A stretch of DNA of 16,818 nt from an uncultured archaeon (GTDB lineage: Archaea > Asgardarchaeota > Lokiarchaeia > Sigyniarchaeales > SOKP01): the NCBI GenBank assembly GCA_964493715.1, contig CAZBPC010000074.1:1-16818 (forward strand), written 5' to 3'. The notes beneath the pieces were generated by a model. It made no database searches, had not been told where the DNA came from, and saw only the letters and a program-made list of their open reading frames with translations. This document shows, in pieces, positions 8,925 to 16,371 of the stretch. Position 1 is the stretch's first letter. Every line of letters starts with the position of its first letter. The position numbers and the translations under genes are program-made.

Positions 8925-10061
8925 ATGAATAAATTTGAAAAAGCAAGCCAAATTCTAAAAGAAATTGATACTGATGGTTGGTTAATCGCCTGTAATGAAG
9001 ATAGTGATATCAATAGCCCATTTATGTTAGGCGTGCATAGTCATGCGAGGCATTATGTATATGTTGCTGCTAATGGTCAGCACGAAGTTATTGCAGTGGC
9101 TATGGAAGCTCCGATGATAAAAAAAGCGCTTGAGAATAAAGGAATCAATGTTAAAGTCCACGCATTCAACTCCTTGAGTGAATTAGAAGCCCTTTTAACA
9201 CGCATTTTAAAAAAATCAAGAATTGCTCTCAACTTTGGAGAAAATGTATTAGATGTTGAGGGAACTTCATATGCTGATTATCTTCGAGCAGGTGATTATG
9301 CTTCGATACAAAAATTGGGTCCTAAAACAGATTTTATTTCAGCAGCACCTATTATTTATAAATTAAGAAGTGTAAAGTCACCTGAAGAGTTAAAAGATCT
9401 AAGAAATACTTGTAAAGCCACGATTGAGTTGTTAAAAGACTTGCCTAATTGGGTTAAAGTTGGAATGACTGAAAATGAAGTCCGAGCAAAATTAGAATAT
9501 GAATACATGAAAATTGGACAATCTTCATTTTCATCAATAATAGCAACAGGTCCTCATTCTGCAGATCCTCATCATAATACATCTTCAAAAAAAGTTGAAC
9601 CAGGAGTGCTATTAGTGGACACTGGATTAAAGCTAGATGAAATGTGCTCAGATATCACATGGACCTATTATATAGGTAAACCTAACGAAGAATTTGAGAA
9701 AGCTTATTATGCACTTTATGATGCTAAGATTTCAGCTAATAATTATATGATTGATGGAACGCCTAATTATCTTCCTGGATTGAAATGTAGAGAATCTTTA
9801 GCAAAAGCAGGATATGATCACGAGAAGTTATTTTTCCACGGATTGGGTCATTCATTAGGTTTTGAAGCACACGATATTGGTGAAAGAATTAGTTGGAAGG
9901 TCCCAAAACACATTAAATTGAAAGAAAACATGGTGTATACAAATGAACCCGGTTTATACTGGGAAGGCAAATGGGGTATTCGTTTAGAAGATGATGTCAT
10001 TATTGGAAAGGAAAAATGTGAGTTAGTAACTCAGGTACCAAAAGATCCTCTTCTAATATAA
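8925..10061 (+). CDS. M24B family Xaa-Pro peptidase (prolidase/aminopeptidase P-like)
   Basis: Metal-ligand motifs LVDTG, CSDIT, HGLGHSLG..HD, NEPGLY, GIRLEDD, plus LRSVKSPEEL and PHH. ATG 8925 is preferred over the TTG at 8886. Confidence 0.92.
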   Translation: MNKFEKASQILKEIDTDGWLIACNEDSDINSPFMLGVHSHARHYVYVAANGQHEVIAVAMEAPMIKKALENKGINVKVHAFNSLSELEALLTRILKKSRIALNFGENVLDVEGTSYADYLRAGDYASIQKLGPKTDFISAAPIIYKLRSVKSPEELKDLRNTCKATIELLKDLPNWVKVGMTENEVRAKLEYEYMKIGQSSFSSIIATGPHSADPHHNTSSKKVEPGVLLVDTGLKLDEMCSDITWTYYIGKPNEEFEKAYYALYDAKISANNYMIDGTPNYLPGLKCRESLAKAGYDHEKLFFHGLGHSLGFEAHDIGERISWKVPKHIKLKENMVYTNEPGLYWEGKWGIRLEDDVIIGKEKCELVTQVPKDPLLI

Positions 10062-10076
10062 TAATAACAAATTTTT

Positions 10077-11384
10077 TTACATTTTAATGGAATATGGGAA
10101 TTCTTTGGTTAATTCTATTAGATTCTGATCTGGATCATTAAATTTAATGTAGAAAGAGATTGTAAAATCTCCTGCTTCGAGCGGTTTAATACTCAATTCC
10201 CATTTCATTTCTTCGTTTTTTCGGAGAGAATAAATTTGCTTATTAATAGTTCCCCTCATAACTTTAAGTTCTTCTGGGAATTCAATATCTATGTTTACGT
10301 CGAGCGCTTCTCCATCGCTCTTGTTCTCAATAAGGACTTCTAAAGGAAAACTTTGTCCAATAAGGGGGGGTCTTAAGTTTTTGAGAGAAAGATCTAAAGA
10401 AGGAGGGGGAGAAATCAAGGTTGGTATAATTACATCGGTATTATAAACAAAAGTAAGAATATTATCTAACTCAAATGTTAAAGAAAATGGTCCAATATAA
10501 GGATCATCCATTTGAAAATGTGGTTTCAGCACGAAATCCAATTCAATATCTGAGCCAATAGGTATATCTATAGGTTGTTGAGGTTTTTTATTTACTGAAA
10601 GATTATCAGATAGTTTGAAATGGATTTCAGTTATTTTTATGCTTTGTAATTGATGTTCGAAGAACTTATCATTGGATATTTGAGATAGAACCTTTGTTTT
10701 TACTGATAATTTTATATTTATAATATCATTAGTGGTATAAGAGTTCTTATCTAACAAGAAAGAGGAAGTCAAATTTAAGAGAGAATTAGCTAAAAGTAAT
10801 GTCTTTTTCAATAGATTATTTTCTATTAGAGTGAGTTTATAATTATCTGCATTCTCTCTAATCTTATCAAGTAAGGTTTTATTGTTGTTTCGTAACGCTA
10901 TAGTTAAATCAGTAACGAGTTGAATTAAAGGAGTATTTTTAAAAAAATCACTATCAACTTTCTTCTGGTATTTTTTTATGAAATCAAGTCCCTCTTCACG
11001 TTTCGATTCTATAGATGAACATAAATAGCTCAAAACAGGGAATAAAATATAATGCAATTCTTTACCAGAAGAATTTTTTTCCTTAGAAATTATATTTAAA
11101 GAATCTCTATAAATTTTTTTAGCTTCACCATAATTTTTTGCATACAAACAACAATCTCCCGCTAATCTATTAAATGTTACTGCGTCCCCGTATTTTTCCA
11201 ACTCAATCTGAGTTTGAGCACCATAGAGATAACAATTTTTAGCGCTTTCATACTCTTCCAATTTCATAAAGCTATTTCCTGCTTGGTAAAACGCTTTACC
11301 AGATTTTTTAAATAATCGTGCCTTGAAAAAATTTTCCGCTTTAGCTAATTGGTTTTGAGCATCAGTTCTTGGATCTTTTCCCAT
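10077..11384 (-). CDS. TPR/alpha-SNAP-like helical repeat protein with C-terminal Ig-like beta-sandwich domain(s)
   Basis: N-terminal helical repeats with small-residue/aromatic TPR pattern (AFYQAGNSF, AKNCYLYGAQ, DAVTFNRLAGDC, EAKKIY). C-terminal GQSFPLEVLIENKSDGEALDVNIDIEFPEELKV...KPLEAGDFTI resembles CARDB/DUF11 Ig folds. ATG 11384 is preferred over TTG 11405. Confidence 0.75.
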   Translation of the reverse strand: MGKDPRTDAQNQLAKAENFFKARLFKKSGKAFYQAGNSFMKLEEYESAKNCYLYGAQTQIELEKYGDAVTFNRLAGDCCLYAKNYGEAKKIYRDSLNIISKEKNSSGKELHYILFPVLSYLCSSIESKREEGLDFIKKYQKKVDSDFFKNTPLIQLVTDLTIALRNNNKTLLDKIRENADNYKLTLIENNLLKKTLLLANSLLNLTSSFLLDKNSYTTNDIINIKLSVKTKVLSQISNDKFFEHQLQSIKITEIHFKLSDNLSVNKKPQQPIDIPIGSDIELDFVLKPHFQMDDPYIGPFSLTFELDNILTFVYNTDVIIPTLISPPPSLDLSLKNLRPPLIGQSFPLEVLIENKSDGEALDVNIDIEFPEELKVMRGTINKQIYSLRKNEEMKWELSIKPLEAGDFTISFYIKFNDPDQNLIELTKEFPYSIKM

Positions 11385-11474
11385 AATGCTTTCATTAACT
11401 TCCAAATAAATTGATTAATTGTTAAATTAAGTGAAAGATCAATTTTTATCTTTTTTCAAAATAATAAGAATAAT

Positions 11475-11490
11475 AAAATAAAAAAAAAAA
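11475..11490 (-). terminator. Oligo-U terminator of the 8-TM protein gene
   Basis: T11 run (11490-11480) plus a further T4, starting 12 nt after the TAA at 11503. Confidence 0.55.
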
Positions 11491-11502
11491 TTCAAAATTG
11501 GC

Positions 11503-12108
11503 TTAAAAAGCCATTAAAATTAATATGAAACCTACCATTATGATAGTGCCACTAACTGCAGATACCCAAGTAAAGATTACAAATCCAATGATGAGTACAA
11601 CCCACCAAGTGTATGGTACTTTGATATCGACTTTATCAAATAGTGTTAGAAGTAAAATGATAGCAAATATAATTCCAACAATCGCAATTGCTATAGATCC
11701 GCCCATAATAAACATTATTGACTCATAGATTAACCAACATGCTCCAATGAACGCGACTATTTTTGAAGCAGTATAAGACTTCTTCTGAACTAATATCTCA
11801 ATTAAAGCTGCAGTGATTACTAAAATTCCCGCTAAATAAGAGGGTCCTACCAAATATTCAAAGAGAACTAGTAAGAATCCAATAATCAATAGAATCCACC
11901 AAATATAAGGAATATTTAGTTTCTTAAAATCAATTATTGCTAATGAATCAAAAACGACGAAGGCAATAATCAAGCCAATTACTCCCAACAAAATAGCTAA
12001 AACGTTTGAAGTGTAGAAGTAATTTATGCTATCTTTGATTAGGACTAATGTACCTATGAGAGCAACAACTCTGGAGGCGGTAATTACAACTTTAGAGCTT
12101 TCACCCAT
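11503..12108 (-). CDS. Uncharacterised integral membrane protein, about 8 TM, two internal ~100-aa repeats
   Basis: Strongly hydrophobic. The halves align: TASRVVALIG/TASKIVAFIG and IPYIWWILLIIGF/VPYTWWVVLIIGF. ATG 12108 is preferred because the upstream GTGA(T) looks like an SD; the ORF track starts at GTG 12117. Confidence 0.85.
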   Translation of the reverse strand: MGESSKVVITASRVVALIGTLVLIKDSINYFYTSNVLAILLGVIGLIIAFVVFDSLAIIDFKKLNIPYIWWILLIIGFLLVLFEYLVGPSYLAGILVITAALIEILVQKKSYTASKIVAFIGACWLIYESIMFIMGGSIAIAIVGIIFAIILLLTLFDKVDIKVPYTWWVVLIIGFVIFTWVSAVSGTIIMVGFILILMAF

Positions 12109-12202
12109 ATTTATCACTTTTTATAAATTTTATATCCTAAATCTGATTAGAATTAGAATATTAGTATAGCTAGAATTTTTCGTATTTAAGACTACCTATT
12201 AA

Positions 12203-12223
12203 AAGTTTGATAGTCTCAAACTT
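12203..12223. repeat. Perfect 8-bp inverted repeat AAGTTTGA-N5-TCAAACTT
   Basis: Read directly from the sequence; lies between the mvhD 3' UTR U-tracts and the promoter region of the 8-TM gene. Confidence 0.6.
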
Positions 12224-12224
12224 C

Positions 12225-12240
12225 AAAAAATTAAAAAATA
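12225..12240 (-). terminator. Oligo-U terminator of the hdrA-mvhD transcript
   Basis: TATTTTTTAATTTTTT on the minus strand just downstream of the SECIS-like hairpin, which would put the hairpin inside a 3' UTR of about 90-100 nt. Confidence 0.55.
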
Positions 12241-12257
12241 AGGGTTAAAACATATAT

Positions 12258-12327
12258 ACCGAAACCAATGCTTTATGGTTAGTCCTCTGGTGACTAGAAT
12301 TTTCTCACGAGAGTCATACTTATCGGT
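12258..12327 (-). ncRNA. Eukaryote-like (Loki-type) SECIS element, cis-acting in the mvhD 3' UTR
   Basis: mRNA: ACCGA UAAG U AUGA CUCUCGUGA GAAAAUUCUAG UCACCAGAG GA CU AACCA UAAAGCAU UGGUU UCGGU. AUGA (12317-12314) and GA (12284-12283) form a kink-turn core, with a 9-position upper helix (one C-C mismatch), an apical loop containing AAAA, and an outer ACCGA/UCGGU stem. It starts at the first base after the stop of a gene with in-frame UGAs. Confidence 0.85.
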
Positions 12328-12789
12328 TTATTTCTTTACTTTCGTTTTGACATCTTCCTCCTCTTTTTTAGAGTTGGATTGTCTCACGGGATTGGTACCT
12401 AAATTTTCAATTACATCTGAAATACGGGTGACTTCTTGTTGAAATCTTTGACCTTCTGCGGCACTACAGTGGAACATTTGGACTCGTTCGGGATTTAGTC
12501 CTGCTGTTTTTAGGATTTCTTTAGTATATTCGACATTTTTTGCTGCTATGAGATTTCCTGTTTCATAATCGCACTCGCCTTCATATCATCCTGCGACAAT
12601 AATACCGTCAGCTCCCTTTCCTATGGCTCTCATCATCAGACTTGGGGTGACTCTACCCGTACAATTAATTCTAATCGGTCTGATGGTTGCAGGATATTGT
12701 GCCCGGATTGTTCCAGCCATATCTCCCGCGCCATATCCTCATTTCCAGCACATGAACGCAATAATCTTTACTTGGTCTTTTACAGTCAT
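12328..12789 (-). CDS. mvhD: F420-non-reducing hydrogenase iron-sulfur subunit D (MvhD/VhuD/FlpD family), selenoprotein with 2 Sec (U17, U68), 153 aa; missed by the ORF track
   Basis: Manual translation: MTVKDQVKIIAFMCWK-U-GYGAGDMAGTIRAQYPATIRPIRINCTGRVTPSLMMRAIGKGADGIIVAG-U-YEGECDYETGNLIAAKNVEYTKEILKTAGLNPERVQMFHCSAAEGQRFQQEVTRISDVIENLGTNPVRQSNSKKEEEDVKTKVKK-TAA. TGAs at 12741-12739 and 12588-12586 fall on the Cys of the family CxxC and GCxxGxCxY motifs. SD-like GAGGT lies in the 15-nt gap after hdrA. Confidence 0.95.
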
Positions 12790-12804
12790 TTGTCTAATAC
12801 CTCT

Positions 12805-14775
12805 CTATATTTCTTCAAGAATTGCATCTAATTGTTTTTCATATTGTGGTTCACGATAATAGCTAAGTGTAATAGCTTCGGAAGGACAATTAGCCAAACA
12901 AGACCCACATCCACGACAGAGAATCTCATCTACATCTGCTCCATCTGTTTTTAAAGAAATCGCATTATATGGACAATTTAATTCGCATAATCCACATTTT
13001 GCACATTTTTCCTTATCCACAGTAGCTCGAATGAGCATTATTCTAAATTTATCTTTTCCCATTATGCGAGTTACAGATGTTGCGGCAGCTCTTCCTTGGG
13101 AAATAGACTCTGAAATTGATTTAGGCCCTTGAGCTACTCCAGCAAGCACGATACCTGGAATTTTCGTGTCAATTGGATTTAACCGTGAGTGAAATTCCTT
13201 GAAAAAGCCATCTTGACTGGTTTCAAGCTTTAACATCCTCCCAATTTCCTCAACTCCTTTTGCAGGCATCATTGCGCAAGATAATACGACCAAATCATAC
13301 TCAATTTCCTTTAAACCAGAATTTGATAGGGTATTTTGTAGTATCACTTTAAGATTATGGGTTTCTGGGTCTTCGTAGATCTTCGAAACATTTGTTCTGA
13401 TGTATTTTATACCTTCCTTCCTTGATGCGGTATAGTATTCTTCATAGTCTTTTCCTGCTGCTCGAATATCCATATATGCTACGCTGATATCTGCATCGGG
13501 ATAGTGTTGTTTGATTAATTTCGTATTTTTAATTGAGATCATGCAACACACCCCAGCACTGCAATATGTTTGTTTATTCAAATCTCGTGAACCAACACAT
13601 TGTATGAATAATATACGTTTTGGAGTTTTCCCGTCTGATGGTCTAGCAAGATGTCCTACAGTTGGACCATTAGGAGCAAGTAATCTTTCAAGCTTCATTT
13701 GAGTTATAACATTAGGATACACGTTATAACCCAAATATCCTGTTTCAGGTTCATATTCATCCCATCCTGTTGCTACGATAATTGTACCCACTTTAATTTC
13801 TACTATCTCATCTTCTTGATTGAAATCAATAGCATTTACCTCGCAAGCTTTTTCGCATAATCCGCATTTTATACATCTATTCATATCAATTTGAGCTTTT
13901 GAAGGAACAGCTTGAGCAAATGATACATAAATTGCTTTCCTACTATTCATGCCTTCATTAAATTCGTTATATCCATAAGAAGGACAAACCTCAAAACACG
14001 CGCCGCATCCATTGCAATCATTATTAACATACTTAGCAAATTTTCTAATTTTAACATCGAAATTTCCTACAAATCCAGATACTTCTTCAACTTTACTATA
14101 AGTATAGAGATTCAAATTGGGGGTCCGAGCTGCTTGAAGCATGACCGGCCCAAGAATTCAAATGCTACAATCATCAGTTGGGAAAGTGCGGTCAAGCATC
14201 GCCATTTTTCCTCCAATGGTGGGACTTTTTTCGACAAGATGTACTTCAAATCCCTCATCGGACAGATCAATTCCAGCACTTAATCCGGAAACACCACCCC
14301 CAATAATTAAAGCTCGTTTTGTGATGTCAACTTCTTTTACAAGTATTTTCTCTAACGTTGCAGCGCGAGCTACTCCAGACTTGATTGCATCTTCTGCAGT
14401 CTTTTGAGCTCCCGGTTTATCTTGCCGATGTACAAAACTTGCATGTTCTCGAATATTAACAAATTCTAAAAAAGAAGGATCAATATTCATTGCTTCAAGA
14501 ACGCTTTTAAAAACTGGTTCATGAGTTTTAGGGGTACAAGATGCGACAACGAGTCGATTTGCATTACTCTCGATCATTTTCTCTTTTATAAACTCCGCCC
14601 CCGGTTCAGTGCATAAACTTATATAGTCTGAGGCATCCACGACATTTGGAAGTTTCTTGGAAAATTCTGAAAGTGCTTTCGTGTCAATAATTTCAGCGAT
14701 ATTAATTCCTCAGGCACAAATGCTAACGAAAATCCGTATCTCTTCAGTATTTTTTGTAATCTCTGCTTCTACCAT
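12805..14775 (-). CDS. hdrA: Heterodisulfide reductase subunit A (FAD/Fe-S electron-bifurcating subunit), selenoprotein with 2 Sec (U22, U206), 656 aa; split into two ORFs in the track
   Basis: One frame from ATG 14775: MVEAEITKNTEEIRIFVSICA-U-GINIA (TGA 14712-14710; family CxCGxNI), VASCTPKTHE, NIREH, IIGGGVSG, LDRTFPTDDCSI-U-ILGPVM (TGA 14160-14158; family DCSxCILxP), ferredoxin insert, IIVATG, CVGSRD...YCS...CCM, GVAQGPK and two C-terminal CxxCxxCxxxCP motifs; ends at TAG 12807-12805. Confidence 0.96.
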
Positions 14776-14962
14776 TGCATATTCTACCTATTTTATTTTA
14801 GATATCCTCCTACATTAATTCCATACTATTTCAAAAATTTTTTACATTTAAAATATCTTATGAGAAAAAAGTAATTTTAAATCAAAAATCTTTTATATAT
14901 CTTTTATAAGTTATCACATTAAAAATCATTTTATATTAAAATAAAAGTCACTGGTTATAATA

Positions 14963-15403
14963 ATGCTATCAAACATATATCAAGTAACTGGAGTCACCTC
15001 AACTGGTATCATAATTACATATTCTATTGTTGCTGGAGTATCATTTCTATTCATGATATTATTTTTCAAATTAGGATTAGCAAGTGTTAAATCAAAGACT
15101 CGGAAAGGATTCAAGTGGTTAGCCATTAGTGTTATAATGCAATTGTTTATAGTTGCTTTGCTGGCGTCTCCATTTATCCTTATAGGATTTACAGGAGAAT
15201 CTGAGTACAAAGGACCTTCGCCTGGTTTAATCATATTTGCCATCATATTGGCAATATTTTTAGATCTAAATATTATTAACGTTCTTCATAAAACGGGATT
15301 GAAAAGAGCTCTTTTATGCTTCTTCTTGATGCTCGTTCCACTCGTTGTTGGAGCTATGATTGGTGTTTTAATATCGCAGTTAAAGCTTTTTATTCCAATA
15401 TGA
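14963..15403 (+). CDS. Hypothetical membrane protein, about 4 TM
   Basis: 146-aa ORF with four hydrophobic segments separated by Lys/Arg-rich loops; divergent from hdrA and convergent with pyrF. Confidence 0.8.
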   Translation: MLSNIYQVTGVTSTGIIITYSIVAGVSFLFMILFFKLGLASVKSKTRKGFKWLAISVIMQLFIVALLASPFILIGFTGESEYKGPSPGLIIFAIILAIFLDLNIINVLHKTGLKRALLCFFLMLVPLVVGAMIGVLISQLKLFIPI

Positions 15404-15405
15404 TA

Positions 15406-16332
15406 TTAATTTAATTTTATCATTTTATTAATATCTCTATTCATCTTTTCTACTTCAAATCTTGCAGCTTTTCCATATTGTGAAGGACTGAATTGTTTAT
15501 AATTATTATAAGCATAATTCACATTTCTAGAAGAATTAACGATTCCACCTAAACCATGCTCGTTAAAGCCGGGTAAGATGCTATTAACAGTAGCTCCTTG
15601 CGCCCCATATCCTGGCATTAAAATAAAAGAATGATTCACTACCTTTCTAATTGCATTCAATTCTTCAGGAAATGTAGCACCTACAACAATACCTAAATTA
15701 TTAAAATTGGAGAACGTAGGTAAGCCTCTACTCCATAAATCCACGAGTCTTGCCATCTGGATGTAATTTCGCTCGAGTTTTATATCTCTTACAACTATAT
15801 CAGTTGTTATCTTATTAACATCTTCAAGATTTATACTAAATAGATCCTGGAAATCTCGACTACTTGGATTAGATGTCTTGACTAATATGAATAATCCTTT
15901 TTCAGGATATTCTTCTAAATATGGTTGGATTGAGTCGAATCCTAAATATCCATTCAAGGTACAAGCATCTGCATTATAATCCTTGAAAGTTGAATCAGCA
16001 TACGCTTTGGAAGTTGAACCGATATCGTTACGTTTAGAATCCAATATGACTAATAGATCCTTTTTATGAGCATATTTTATTGTTTCCTTTAATGCATTTA
16101 AAGCACTATATTTCTCATAAAATGCAATTTGAGGCTTTATAATAGGAATTAAGTCACAAGTATTATCAATAATAGTTTTATTGAACTCTAATATTGTTTC
16201 ATCCGGATTATCGTATTGTTTGATTATATATTGGGGGATCTCTCCTTCATGTTCTAACCGGGGGTCTAATCCTACGCACACTACGCTAGATTTATCCTTC
16301 ACTAATTTAATTAGTTGTTCTACAAAATACAT
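15406..16332 (-). CDS. pyrF: Orotidine-5'-phosphate decarboxylase (subfamily 2)
   Basis: VCVGLDP, IKPQIAFYE, catalytic ILDSKRNDIGST, VKTSNPSS, VVGAT, MPGYGAQG, NSSR. Confidence 0.95.
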   Translation of the reverse strand: MYFVEQLIKLVKDKSSVVCVGLDPRLEHEGEIPQYIIKQYDNPDETILEFNKTIIDNTCDLIPIIKPQIAFYEKYSALNALKETIKYAHKKDLLVILDSKRNDIGSTSKAYADSTFKDYNADACTLNGYLGFDSIQPYLEEYPEKGLFILVKTSNPSSRDFQDLFSINLEDVNKITTDIVVRDIKLERNYIQMARLVDLWSRGLPTFSNFNNLGIVVGATFPEELNAIRKVVNHSFILMPGYGAQGATVNSILPGFNEHGLGGIVNSSRNVNYAYNNYKQFSPSQYGKAARFEVEKMNRDINKMIKLN

Positions 16333-16371
16333 GACGTTTCATAATGAGTGTGTTTTTTTGTAACTTTCAAT

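Noticed and set aside
12328-14775. hdrA and mvhD as pseudogenes or naturally split genes
   Set aside because: All four interruptions are TGA at conserved Cys positions, with no frameshifts, no TAA/TAG interruptions, intact motifs and a SECIS-like element downstream.
14769-14823. Tiny upstream ORFs before hdrA (ATG GAA TTA ATG TAG; ATG CAA TGG TAG overlapping the start)
   Set aside because: Three- to four-codon ORFs are expected by chance, they contain no UGA that could sense selenium, and there is no conservation evidence.
11525-16363. ORFs 11525-11728, 12623-12859, 13511-13702, 14141-14407, 14980-15246 and 16181-16363
   Set aside because: Antisense to the 8-TM gene, mvhD, hdrA, the 4-TM gene or pyrF; no independent evidence.
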